From: Octopus sinensis
Lineage: Eukaryota
Assembly: GCF_006345805.1 (NCBI RefSeq)
Contig: NC_043007.1
Span: forward strand, 64,046,001 to 64,110,000
Length of the DNA: 64,000 nucleotides
Direction: 5' to 3'
The notes below the pieces were generated by a model that searched no databases, had not been told where the DNA came from, and was given only the letters and a program-made list of their open reading frames with translations. Positions within the stretch are counted from its first letter, which is position 1. The number at the start of each line of letters is the position of its first letter. Below are positions 39,288-51,894 of this stretch, one piece after another. Made by a program: the position numbers and the translations under genes.

Positions 39288-39845
39288 CATCATCATTGTC
39301 ATTGTTTAACATTCACTTTCCATGCTGGCATGGGTTGGATGGTTTGACTAAGAACTGGCAAGCCAGAAAGCTGCATCAGCATCCAATCTGATATGGCAAG
39401 GTTTCTACAGCTTGATGCCCTTCCTAATGCCAACCACTCCAAGAGTGTAGTGAGTGCTTTTATATGCCACCAGCATGGGAGCTAGTTAGGCAGCACTGGC
39501 ATCGGCTAGGCTCAAATGGTGCATTTTACGTGCCACTAGCACAGGTGCCAGTCAGACGGCACTGACATCGGCCATGACTACGATTTCACTCAGTTCAACA
39601 GGTCTTCACAAGCACAGCATATTGCCCAATGACTGATGGGTGCTTTTAAACAGGCCAGTTATGTGACATTGGCATTGGCTACAACTGTGATCTCACTTGG
39701 CATGCTGGGTCTTCTCAAGCACAGCATATCTCCAAGGGTCTCGGTCATTTGTCATTGCCTCTGTGAGACCCAACATTCGAAGGTCATGCTTCACCGCCTC
39801 ATTCCATGTCTTCCTGGCTCTGCCTCTTTCACAGGTTCCCTCCAT
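39288..39845 (-). mobile_element. RTE-type LINE 3' end (ORF2 end, repeat-containing 3' UTR, (GAT)n tail)
   Basis: EGTCERGRARKTWNEAVKHDLRMLGLTEAMTNDRDPWRYAVLEKT. Confidence 0.88.
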
Positions 39846-40177
39846 TATGTGTGTATGTATATATCTATGTGTGTGTCTTTGTGTCTGTATTTTTCCCACA
39901 TCACTGCCTGACAGCCAGTGTTGCCATCTTTATGTCCCTGTAGCTTAGCAGTTTAGGAAAAGAGTCCAATAGAATAAGTATTAGGCTTAAAAAATAAGTC
40001 TTGGGGTCAGTTTGCTTGACTAAAACCTTTTAAAGTGGTGCCCACCATGGGCACAGTCAAATGACTGAAACAAGTAAAAAAATATGTATATTAAGATATA
40101 CATATATATATGAATAATAAGAAAATGGTGATATTGAAGTTAATAAGAGTTTATTACTATCAAAAAATTGATCATCA

Positions 40178-40260
40178 TCCCTTACAGATGTTTTGATTAA
40201 GCTTAGTGAAATTAAATAAGTATTAAAAACATATTTCTGAGCTTAATCTCTTCAGAGGGA
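40178..40260 (-). ncRNA. Mirror copy of the hammerhead-like motif
   Basis: Reverse complement reads TCCCT-CTGAAGA-GATTAAGCT...AGCTTAATC-AAAA-CATCTG-TA-AGGGA. Confidence 0.78.
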
Positions 40261-40355
40261 AAAAGAATATACCCTTATGTGTTGGTTATTTGAATCTTCA
40301 CAGCCGTGATAATTCAAATAACTAACACATAGAATATCTAAGGGTATATTCTTTC

Positions 40356-40438
40356 TCCCTCTGAAGAGATTAAGCTAAGAAATATGATTTTAATACTTAT
40401 TTAGTTTCACTAAGCTTAATCAAAACAGCTGTAAGGGA
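40356..40438 (+). ncRNA. Type-I hammerhead-like motif with expanded stem II
   Basis: TCCCT-CTGAAGA-GATTAAGCT-(36 nt)-AGCTTAATC-AAAA-CAGCTG-TA-AGGGA. Only GAAA>AAAA deviates, at a CpG. Confidence 0.82.
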
Positions 40439-40640
40439 TAACAATTGATTTTTTGCTGATAATAAACTGTTATTGACTCCTCCAGTATCTCTTTTTTTTT
40501 TATCATTCATTTGCATGTCTATAAACCTACTATTTTATGGATAGTAACCTCCCACCAAAATATTAGGTATTGAAACAGTATTTCCTTGGATGATACTATC
40601 CCTTCATGAGGCTATTATAACCTCTATTTGTATTTTATCA

Positions 40641-40672
<32 letters not shown>

Positions 40673-40674
40673 TT

Positions 40675-41105
40675 ATGTAGAAAAATACAAACTGGGACAA
40701 GAACGTAAAACATTTAGAAGACGATACAAAAAACACGGACGGGACATTCGAAGCCTTCAATCTTCAGGCAAGAACCGGATCATCGTAGCAATTTCAGCTG
40801 ATTAATCTTGAGATCGCTCCGATCTGGCCAGCCCCAAAGAAAAACTAATCTACGAGCATTAGATTTCTTGGAAGAAGGATCGAATGTATACGAAACAGGG
40901 ACAGAAAAACGGACGATGCCACACGAATATAAAATACAAAAAACAATAATGGTAAAAACAGCGGGTGTCTTACGACTAATAAACAGTACAACAAGTTTAG
41001 CTGGCGTATTTTGAAAAAATGCCTTTATCGGCAGACGAAGACAACAGATGTTCTCACGGCGCTGGTCGAAGGCCAAAAGGCTGATTTTGACCAGCGGTCG
41101 TAACT
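40675..41105. repeat. CpG-rich unclassified interspersed repeat bounded by (TA)n
   Basis: Composition contrasts sharply with flanks; terminal hairpin cgctggtcgaa...ttgaccagcg; shares a tgtcttcgtct motif with 61120-61160. Confidence 0.5.
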
Positions 41106-42219
41106 ATATATATATATATATATAGTTAATCCAAACAAGAAAGCACAAAAAAACACAACAACGCGAGGACGTGGAACAAATATAGTATTATTGGACGCTC
41201 AGGAAAGAAGGAAAAAATCACCAATGGTACACACGCAGTCACAATGGTGTGTGTGTGTGTCATCTGTGTTTTTGTGTATAAAGAAAAAAAATAGAAAAGA
41301 AGAAAGGAAGAGATGGGGTAGAGAACTGAACAATATCAAGACAAGATTAGAGATATCTTATACATTATGAAATATTTGATTCATTAACACCATCTAATTA
41401 ATGAAAGTGTTAAAATAGGTATAGCTGTAGATGGGTTAATAAATTCAAATTCTGATATCATATATCCTTAAGATATACTTGCAAACATATCATTAAAAAA
41501 AAAAAGAGACATGTCATTAAAAATGAACCATTAATAAAAAAAACAAAAAAACAATTTGCATTTTTTTATTTGTAACTGTATTTATATTTTGCTGGACTTA
41601 ATTTTCACTCAAATTTAATCATAGAAATCACTTGTGGTATAAAAATGGAAATGAGTATGAAAAAAACCAGATCTGTGATTAACAGCATGAAATAGATAAG
41701 GAATTTATTATTCCATTGTCATAGTTTTAGGTTTAATTTCCCATAATTTTATCTTCCATAAGATAAAACTCACAATGACATTCCTCAGAATTATCTTTTT
41801 CCCACTTTTACAATTTTTTATTTTTATTTTTAATCTTCATTTATTTATTTCAACTTTCTTTCAGGTAACTAAAAAAAGGTAATGAATTCTACATACTTAT
41901 TTAAACCATGCCATCATACTTGTTGAACAGTTCTACACTGAGAAGTCACACAGTACACACATACTTCTAAATATTTGAAAATATTTCATCAATGCAATAG
42001 ATCAGATATGCAAAGCTTCAATATGGTTTTATGATCACTTTCAGTATTTTCTCATGTAATGTTTTATAATCTGAGATACTATGCTGTGATAATCTGTGTA
42101 CATTCTATTTCAAATGACTGTCCACTGTACTTTGATATGTCCAGAAGTTTTGGGGGAAATTTCTGTCAAAGTGGGAGTGATAAGTTTTATCAAAGTATAA
42201 GTAACTTTGTATAAGTACA

Positions 42220-42480
42220 GGCACCAGGATGTAGTTAAGAAGTTTGCTTCCCATTCACATGGTTTCAAGTTCTGGTTCATTGCATGACCTCTTGGGTAAG
42301 TCTCTTCTACTATAACCCTGGATAAACCAATACCTTGTAAGTAGATTTAGTAAATAGAAATTGAAAGGAGCTTGTCATGTGTTAGCATATGTGTGTGTGG
42401 TGTGTGTGTGTGTGTACACATATGCATACATACATGTAAGGACACACACACGCACACATTTTTGTCCCCCAGATTTGTAT
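42220..42480 (+). mobile_element. SINE family A, 5' part
   Basis: Degenerate head and core. Confidence 0.72.
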
Positions 42481-42649
42481 ATACTCTTTAACACCTGATA
42501 ACTCACATTATATACATTTCTTTTTAGATTTAACCCAGTCAGAAATAATGAAGGATGTCAGACCAAGCTTTTAAATAAAGGAAATTTGTTCCAAAGTGCT
42601 ACTAGAAGTTTGAAAATGTAGTTGAAGTGCAAAGATTGTTTAGGAGGGA

Positions 42650-43420
42650 GTTTCAAACAGTTCCATGAATATGACCTGCCATCACTCAAACTAGAGATAA
42701 GTTCAAAGCAGATGCAACTGTGAAGAATGTCCACAAGAAATGTTTCTGAAGACAGTGGACATTGACAAGCCCCACAAAACAAGAAAATATATTAGAACCT
42801 TATAGCTAGATTTTAAGAACATCTGTGCTGCAAACAAGTTGGGAGATATAAATTTCAAAATCAAGCATTCATCACATTTTGATGTGCTACCTTTGGAAAA
42901 GTTACATTCCAGAAATAGTTCATGCTCTCAATGAAGATGATCCAGATGAAAGAGTGGAATTTTGTGAGTGGTACTTGACAAGATGTATAGAAGATGTACT
43001 CTTTCCAACAAAGATTGTTTTGAGTGATGAGACATTTAAATTAAATGGCTCAATTGTTACAATTGAACCTACTGGAAACCTGAGAATTTGTATATCATGG
43101 AGAGACATCATGCTAATTTACTAATAGTTATAGTATGGTGTGGTTTACCATCAAAAGGCTTAACTGCACCATTCTATTTTGACAGTACAATGACTGGTCC
43201 TATTTGCTTGAACTATAAACTATCTGTGACAATCTGTCAAGTCAAGTATTTAAGAGGACTTTGAAGATTTGGAGTTTTAATTCATGCAAGATGGAGCATC
43301 CTTATTCTAACATATTAATGTAAGAGCCTACTTTGGTAAGATTTTACTTTACCAAAGACGTAAGTTGGATGAGAAGGTTCAGTAGAATACCAGTGTTTCT
43401 TTCATCCATGAAAAAAACCC
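42650..43420 (+). mobile_element. Tc1/IS630-like transposase remnant
   Basis: [18 protein letters not shown]...[12 protein letters not shown]...QDGA, broken. Confidence 0.8.
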
Positions 43421-46400
43421 TACAATGCCCCTCTAGCTCATGTTTTAGAAGCATTATTATGTACTGTTTGATGATGATGATTGCCTCATTTGATCAGATG
43501 CTAGCCATTTTATATTATAGTGAGACATCTGTATGTCATTCGATTTAAGTGAGAAAGCTTGTACATGACTTTTGACACTCTCAGTTGTTATAGCAGGTTT
43601 CAGTGATAAGTATTGCAAGATAACTGGTACTATTTTGACAGAAAATTTTATGAAGAGCTGCCTTTTCTATGACTTTGTCAAAAATAACAGGAGCTTCCTC
43701 TACCCTTGAAAAATCTAATTAACCCATAGATGGGACCTTGACAGTCACTTCCATTCTGGGTCAGAATGGACCTGGGAGTAATGGTAATTAAGGGGTAACT
43801 TTATGCTCCCCACAGCTTCAGAACTCCCAAACTGAATCCTAACACGATAGCAGTTTAATGTCATACCTTATATATGTATTGTTTACACATATAAGTCCAC
43901 TCATAGTAGTAACATAATTTGCTCATGAAGTTGCCATTAGTTAATTACAGTGTTTTATGTATATATATTTTATTATGTGAAATACATTTACTTTTTGTTC
44001 ATTCAACATTGATCAGAAAATGGTATACTGTAATTGAAAACTCCTGTATTTTGTATGTAAGTTTTATACATCACAGCACTGCATTTCAAAACAGGATCCA
44101 TCACTTTTTTTATTGCGCTAGTGGGTGGAGGTATTATCTTCTGGTCTAATTAGTCAAGATATGCAATAAGGTCATGAATACCTATCTATTTTAGTTCAGA
44201 AATCAGAATGCATACTGAGGCCAAAAATAGTTATTTTTGAAGGGATATTTTGTGAAGGCAGATTTTAGATTCAGCTGAATGACAAATAAAAAAATCACAC
44301 ATATTTATCTGCTTTTTTTTTGTTTTTTAGAGAGGTGAAATACTGATGGTATTACCAAAGTTATTGAATACAGAAATGATCTAACATTACTTTTGCATAA
44401 TGAATATTCAACAGAATTTTGTTTTCTATTTGTGATGTATAAGTCTGACAAGCATACTGAAGTTACAATAAAACGTTTCTGTTGTTAGGATTGCAATGTG
44501 TTCAGCAAACATCAACTTGTTTTTCAAGATAGTTTGGCAAGAAAAGTATATTGAAAATGTTCTTTCTTGTCATTCTAACCAGTTTGTGAATTGCTTGATG
44601 TTTGATAGAGCTATCAAATGTTGAAACCTTCTGATTCCAGTTAAACAGCTAACTCACTTCCCAAATATTGCTGAAAAGTTGATCTAAGACTGTTTATTGA
44701 GATAATAAAATATTTTTAAGAGAATAAAGAAAGAAATGTTAAAATTATGTTTATATGGTTAGAACTATTCCAACCAGCTCTAGAATACAAAGAATCATTT
44801 TCAATGAAAATACAACACATAATTGAAGATTATTAAATATATAAAATATTCTTGATAATCAGTTGCTATATAATTGAAATTATGTGAATTTTAACAAGCT
44901 GCAATGACTAAATTGATGGACAATTTGACTACTGGCCTTAACCAAAGAGTTGGCAAATGTTTTGTATCCGTTTTGTACTGACTCGGTGTGCAAGTATGGC
45001 CAGGTGGTTAAAAAGCTTTTTCCACAGACATGAAATGACTTCATTTGATTCTCTGTGGGGGTCTCTTTGGCAAGTTCTTCATAGTTTTTACTCAAATTAA
45101 ACCTTTTGAGTGAAATTGGGTAGACAGAAACTGTGGAAGTCTGTTGGGTGGACAATATTTACAATTCAAAGGGCCATACAGTTCTGTATATGGACTACTC
45201 AGTTATTTACACCTATAACTTAATGAGTAAGGCATTCAATTGATCTAATAACTTAAATACTTATCATTGAGACCAATGTAGAATCCATTTACATTGACTA
45301 AGTCTCAAGCTAAAACATATAACAAATAAAATGTACCTTACTGTAGGATAGTCATAATTACCACAATTATCAGCTGGCATTCAGATGTAATGCTTTTTCA
45401 TTTACATTTTGTAAAATTAATCATGCATGTGGGAATGAGTTTATGTACTATCAGATATAACATGCTTGCATCCTTTAATTATAAGACTTTTTCCATCTTT
45501 TTGGTTTCCTGCATTTTGAGCAGTTTGATCCAACTAACTTCATAACCATTTCAGACAAGCCCAGTTAACAGGCTGTCTCCCTCTCTTCCTTTATTTATCT
45601 CCTCCTCCCCTTGCTGTGTCTCACCACCACCAGATATTGTTCTAAATATTTGCCCAATCATTTCTCCTTACAGATGCATCACATCTGGTACAACATTTTT
45701 TGACAGATATCAAACTACAGATGCTCAAACTTAACATCACACTAGTCTAAGAGGTCATGCAAAGGTCAGTGGTGCTACCACCGTCCCTACCCCTTCCCAC
45801 CTCTTCAGTCTTACTAGTAAAAACATAAATGAAGGAAATTTGTTTTTGATTGCTAGACCATCTAGAAATAGCTGACAAATTTTCTTCAAATACACCCATC
45901 TTAAAAAAAGGGAAGGATATTTTATATAATGTACTCTTCAATTTATTAGGCTGAAATAAGACAGGACGGTCACGGCTGGAATGCATGTGATTACTTTTAA
46001 TCAGACCTGTAATAGTTTTTATCAAGCATTCAATCAGGATTAACTTGAGGTTAAAACAACAAGTTGCCCTATTTTATGTATTTGGTATAATATTGAACTT
46101 ATACTTCATATTTCATGCAGTGTTCCAGCAGTAGGCCGCGGTGGAAGTCCTGACTATACTGATATCTTTTCAGTGTGTCATGCTTGTAAATCGTTGGAAC
46201 AATGACTTTCAACTTAATGTCTTAGTTTTAAACAACCTGTGTGGTTATAGCTGCTTTTGTGTATTTTGTGTTTGTGAGTACATGCATTTGTATATTTGTA
46301 TATGTGTATATATTCATGTATGTGCATACATCTGTGTTCCTATCTGTTTTACATTATCTGTTTATTAATGCAATCTGTTTATTCCATTACAGAGCCTATA

Positions 46401-46474
46401 AATAAAACTTAAATAATAGTCCTCAATTGTTTATCTAGCATGACATACTGCCCTCCACCATCGAAGGTTATGTA

Positions 46475-46507
<33 letters not shown>

Positions 46508-46632
46508 TTACATAGGGGTAAGTTTGTGTGTGTGTTACCATCAAATGTAGTCTATTTAATGGTGGAACTTTAAGATAATGAAAGAAAAAAACAGGACCTT
46601 TTTATGTTGTCTATTTTTTGTAATGTATGCAT

Positions 46633-46674
<42 letters not shown>

Positions 46675-47997
46675 CTATCTAGGTAACCTGTTTATTTTCA
46701 GTTTTACCTGTCTGACTTATCTTTGGAGTGATATTGTAACCATGTGTGTGTGTATACACATGACTTTGTATTACTATATTTGTTATCAAGTAATTTCCTT
46801 CCACCACCCATAAATCCAGTGACAGTTCCATGAAATCTTTTGTTTGTATGCTGTTGCTTTTGTTGCAGTTTTTGTTTTTGTTACTTGTGAGTACCTCTCA
46901 TTGCCATCAGTGCTCTACTGAGTAAAATGTTGCTGCTGTTGATGGTGGTGGTACTCAAACACAATTGCCAGTAATCTAGGTCTACAATGCAGATTCAATT
47001 CATATTTGGACCATTTCATTTCATTTCTTTTCTCCCATGTTCCTACAATTTCATTTTTTTAAACAGAAATTTCATGTAGATGTACAGTCACAAGTGCCAT
47101 ATTTAGGCAACACAACAAAACAGCATCACTACTTTGCAAACAATGTATTAAATTGTCATATATTATGCAGGTGCTGACAGGACCCCTAATGTCTCAGCAA
47201 TAAATGAGCACTCTCCTTGTTATCTCATAGTGTATGCAAACCAACACAACAAAATAAAAATACTCAAAATAAAAGATCCCCCACCCAAAATGTAAGAAGC
47301 ACAGCTTGTTGCTATAACAAACTCTAGCTTTCATGTATAACCACCACACAACACTCAGACATATCTAAAATTTCCCAGAAAACCACTAAAAACTATTTTA
47401 CCCATCCTATTTAGTTGCTGCAAGTGTATAAATCACATAAGCATACCCAAAATAGTGATGTCATTAGCCTTAAACACTGTATATAGATACACAACAGCAA
47501 TGGTAAGTGGAGAGAAACAACAGCTGTCATGCTCAAATTGATTCCCACCTTAAAGGACCTATCTTGTAGGATCATTCTTCTTGCTCAAAACAGCTACCAA
47601 ATCTCCCTCATGCAACACCCTATCCATTATCCAAAATACTCTGGATAGTGTAGTCATAGATGTGCTCTGCCTGAAACAAAACTCAGGGCTGTTGTGAGTG
47701 GAATTTCTGGCTCCTACATATGGCACTGCATATGATAAGTCACTGCATGGGCCTCCAATAGACAAAAGAGCATGGAAAACTTGCAAACAATAGATATCTA
47801 TATAAATAACACTGAACTGCCCAACTGGTTGCTTATATATATATATATATATATCATAGTCAATTCAGCTAGAACTTATATGAGGAGAAACAGTAATTAG
47901 AGCTTGCAGATTTCCTACTTGTATAGTTTATAGCTTGGATTTGATGTGTTCATAAATGAATTGGTTACTTGTTTCTCTAGGATTGGTCAAGTGATGT

Positions 47998-48045
47998 AAA
48001 CACCTGATGAGACCCCAATAAGGACTGAAAGTTGATTAAGGCTGT
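47998..48045 (+). ncRNA. Hammerhead-like motif, copy 1 of tandem pair
   Basis: aaacac-CTGATGA-GACCCC-AATA-AGGACT-GAAA-GTTGAT-TA-aggctg. Confidence 0.55.
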
Positions 48046-48274
48046 TTGTCATTTTTTTATCAATATGCAGAGAAGTAGGTAAATTTGACATGTTTGCATG
48101 CCTACTACATAGGTTTACATATATTATATCACACCTTGATTCTGTGCAAACTGGCTTCTCTGTAGAAACAGATAGTATGCAAATCAGTGTCTCCAGTTTC
48201 TCTGAAGTGACTAGATTTATTGTGTATATAAATAGATTGGGTACGTGTTTCTCTGGGGTTGATCTAATGATGTA

Positions 48275-48325
48275 GACACTTCTGATGAGACCCCAACAAA
48301 GGCTGAAAATCAATTAAGGCTATTC
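48275..48325 (+). ncRNA. Hammerhead-like motif, copy 2 of tandem pair (278 bp downstream)
   Basis: gacactt-CTGATGA-GACCCC-AACA-AAGGCT-GAAA-ATCAAT-TA-aggcta. Confidence 0.55.
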
Positions 48326-48351
48326 ATCATTTTTTCCACTATCCACAAAAG

Positions 48352-48870
48352 CGGCACTGGCAATGACCTCGCTTGAATATTTTTTCACGTGCCAGTGAGG
48401 TGACGCTGGTAACGATCACACTTGAATGTGCCACCTGCACGGAAACCAGTCAGCTGCTCTAGCAATGATCATGCTCGGATGGTGCTCTTAGTGCTCCACT
48501 AGCACGGATGCCAATCATCAAATTTGATTTCGATTTTAATTTCACTTGCCTCAATAGGTCTTTGCAAGCAGAGTTTAGTGTCTAATGAAGAACAGGTATG
48601 CATAAGTGAGCTGGTTACACCCCTGGCATAGGCCATAGGTTATGGTCTCACTTGGCTTGCCAGGTCTTCTCAAACACAGCATATTTCCAAAGGTCTCAGT
48701 CACTAGTCATTGCCTCAGTGAGCCATAATGTTCGAAGGTTGTGCTTCACCACCTCATCCCAGGTCTTCCTGAGTCTACCTCTTCCACAGGTTCCCTCAAC
48801 CGCTAGGGTGTGGCACTTTTTCACACAGCTATCCTCATCCATTCTCACCATGTGACCATACCAGCGCAAT
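48352..48870 (-). mobile_element. RTE-type LINE 3' fragment
   Basis: Homologous to 39288-39845 (ggtcttcctgagtctacctcttccacaggttccctc). Confidence 0.85.
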
Positions 48871-48884
48871 ATATATATTGATAT

Positions 48885-49085
48885 ATGTTGGTTTCAAATT
48901 TTGGCACAGTCCAGCAGTTTTGTGGGGAGGGGCTAAGTCAATTACATTGACCCTAGTGCTCAACGGGTACTTATTTTATCAACCCTGAAAGGATGAAAGG
49001 CAGAAGTTGAGCTCAGGATGAAAAGACAGATGAAATACTGCTAAGCATTTTGCCCAGCATGCTAGTGGTTCTGTCAGCTCATCAC
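48885..49085 (-). mobile_element. SINE family B
   Basis: Reverse complement of the family B consensus. Confidence 0.75.
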
Positions 49086-49097
49086 CTTGATATATAT

Positions 49098-49768
49098 ATG
49101 AGGTGGTATCAAAAAGTTCCCAGACTAGTTCTGTAGTGCACCAACAGATTTCAGAACACAGTTGCATGTGTAATGAGAGCTAGTAGTGACTATGAGGCTG
49201 TGTGTTTAGTCTCATCGTTGTGTTTACTTTGAAAGTTGTGAAATTTGTTTTTCTGATCACATGTATGTTGTAGTCTGCAATTTTTGTCATGGACAGGAAG
49301 TTGGAACAAAGAGTCAACGTGAAATTTTGCATTAAACTTGGGAAGCCTGCTGCAGAGACATTGAACATGCCTCAGCAAACTTATGGAGATGAGGTAATGG
49401 ATCTTACACAATGTTTCAAGTGGCACAGTTGCTTCAAAAGTGGAAGAAAGTCCCTGGAAGACAATGAAAGGCCTTCCACAAATATCATCCCTGGAAATGT
49501 GGTATTGTGTATCAAGAATTCATCAGCTTCTGCATGAGTAACATTGGAGGACAGTTAATGACATTGCTGATGTTGTTGGTCTGTTGTATGGGTCCATGCA
49601 GGCAATCCTAACGTCTGGATCCTTTACAATAACAATGCACTCTGTCACCGAGCTCCCATCACTCATGAGTTTCTCACCAAAAACAGCATGGTATTGATTC
49701 CACACTCACCCTATTCACCAGATTTAGCACCTGCAGACTTCCATCTCTTCCTCAAGATGAAAATGGGT
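49098..49768 (+). mobile_element. Mariner transposon with left TIR, internally deleted
   Basis: TIR-like tatgaggtggtatcaaaaagttccc; EQRVNVKFCIKLGK...CFKWHSCFKSG helix-turn-helix region; HSPYSPDLAPADFHLF. Confidence 0.88.
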
Positions 49769-50084
49769 GGAAGATTTTTTCTGCTTTTGAATATCTTATA
49801 ATAATTTTTATAATATGTATCTAGTTCTTTTTTTCTTCATCTTAGCTTCATGATGGTAAGCTATCCACCTCATCCTCCTAACAAACTCAATAGTCCTATG
49901 GATTAGCAGCCACATGTAAATATCCTTATTATGTAGGGGGATATCCTTCAGAGAAAATTCCATACTTACTCTTTCCATCCTGTTAAAGTTAAGTATCAGA
50001 AGTGCTGTGTAAGTATGGTTTACGAGTTAAGAAGTAATTAAGCCTGTGTTTATTGTAATTTCTCATGTATGTATATATGTATGC

Positions 50085-50115
<31 letters not shown>

Positions 50116-50204
50116 TGTATGTATGTATGTATGTATGTATGTATGTATGCATGTATGTATGTAGGTTTGGGTAAAACAAACAGGAGAAAAAGAACTCTAT
50201 GCAT

Positions 50205-50990
50205 GAATATCTTTCATATTTTATTATCTTTTAATGGTTTCAGTCATTAGACTGCAACCATGGTGGAGCACCACCTTGAATAAATTTTAGTTGAATGAAT
50301 CGACCCCAGTATTTTTTACTGAACCACTAGGTTATTGGGACATAAACAAACTAACACCGATTGTCAAGCAGTGGTGGTAGACAAAGACACACATGTGCAC
50401 ATATACACACACACAAGTAAAAGATCATCATCATCATCATCATCGTCATTAGCATGGGTTGGACGATTTTGACTGAGGGTTGGCGAACCAGATGGCTGCA
50501 CCAGGCTCCAATCTGATCTGGCAGAGTTTCTACAGCTGGATGCCCTTCCTAACGCCAACCACTCAGAGAGTGTAGTGGGTGCTTTTTACGTGCCACCAGC
50601 ATGGGGGCCAGTCAGGCAGTACTAGCAATGACCTCACTCGAATCTTTTTACACATGCCACCAGCACAGGTGCCAGTAAGGCGATGCTGGTAATGATCACG
50701 CTCGAATGGTGCCCTTTTACGTGCCACTGGCACGGAAGCCAGTTAGCTGCTCTCTCAACGATCACACTCGTATGGTGCTCTTTGCACCCCACCAGCACGG
50801 ATGCTAGTCATCGAATTTGATATATATATATATATGATGGGCTTTTTTCAGTTTCCATTCACTAAATTTCCTCTCAAGGCTATGGTCAGCCTGAGGCTAG
50901 AACAGAAGACACTTGCCCTAGGTGCTACGCAGTGAGACTGAACCCACAGCTATGTGGTTGGGAAGCAAGTTTCTTATCACACAGCCATAG
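50205..50990 (-). mobile_element. SINE family A interrupted by an RTE 3' tail (50425-50820)
   Basis: SINE 3' half at 50205-50410 and 5' half at 50820-50990, with the RTE tail inside the internal microsatellite. Confidence 0.8.
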
Positions 50991-51486
50991 ACTTTTTTTA
51001 TAAATTATAATTTTTATAATTGGCAGCAAGGACCGAGAGCTTCATGCAAGGCTCTTAGTTTGATAAAGTGTCATGAATGAAACTCTAGGACCTTGAGTCA
51101 CTTTTATAACTTGCTGCCAATTAAAAATAATAAAAATGTGTGTGTGTGCACACGCGCGCACGTGTATGTATGTGTTATATATAGGCTCCACCAATTTGAA
51201 TAGCTCCTTGACATACTAAGTAAAGACAGAAGACTGGTGATCAAGCAACTCATTACAGGTTATGTAGACAGATTTTTACATTTTCAGTGTTATTGATGTT
51301 ATTCACTATTTTCTTCTTGCTGAATTACTGTCCTTCCTCCTCCTTTCCCCACTTCTTTTCTTACTAAACCTGATTATTGTCTTTCTGGTGTAACAGGCTA
51401 ATAATGTCTTGTTGTATAATAAAATACTGAATTTAGGCCTTTATTTTGTATAGCCTATTAGGTATAATTATATCTCCCAACTGAAT

Positions 51487-51570
51487 ATGTTCTTTTTTCT
51501 TTCTTCTTCTTCTTCTTCTTCTTCTTCTTCTTCTTCTTCTTCTTCTTCTTCTTCTTTCTTCTTCTTCTTC

Positions 51571-51633
<63 letters not shown>

Positions 51634-51690
51634 GGAGGAGTAGGAGTAGTAGTATTGTTATTAGTTTTATCATTATTATTATTATTATTG
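51487..51690. repeat. Compound trinucleotide microsatellite (TTC)n(TTA)n(GCA)n(GTA)n
   Basis: Seen directly; explains the homopolymeric ORFs in the track. Confidence 0.97.
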
Positions 51691-51894
51691 AACACAGCTG
51701 ACAGTATCATTAACAAATCAGACAATATACTTAGCAGCATTTCTTTGGCTCTTTGTATTCTGAGTTCAAATGCCACTGAGGTCAATAACAAAAGCACCAG
51801 TTGAGTACTGAAGGTGATGTAATCGGCTTTCCCTCTCCTCAAACAGCTGACCTTATGCTAAAATTAGAAAAAATACTATTATTATTACTATTCA

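Larger units (their letters stand above)
40139..40477. repeat. 339-bp imperfect palindrome carrying one hammerhead-like motif per arm
   Basis: Arms are reverse complements; motifs at 40178-40260 (-) and 40356-40438 (+). Confidence 0.92.

Noticed and set aside
40745-40770. Minus-strand CTGAAGA as a hammerhead core
   Set aside because: Followed by GAAT rather than GAAA, with no stem I partner.
41071-41081. U2 snRNA fragment (GCCTTTTGGC on minus)
   Set aside because: Only about 10 nt match; flanks do not resemble U2.
47559-47786. 75-aa minus-strand ORF as a host exon
   Set aside because: No recognisable motif and no convincing donor site.
51458-51842. Poly-L/K/E/N ORFs, and the many YIYI/CVCV/HTHT ORFs elsewhere
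   Set aside because: Translations of microsatellites and SINE bodies.
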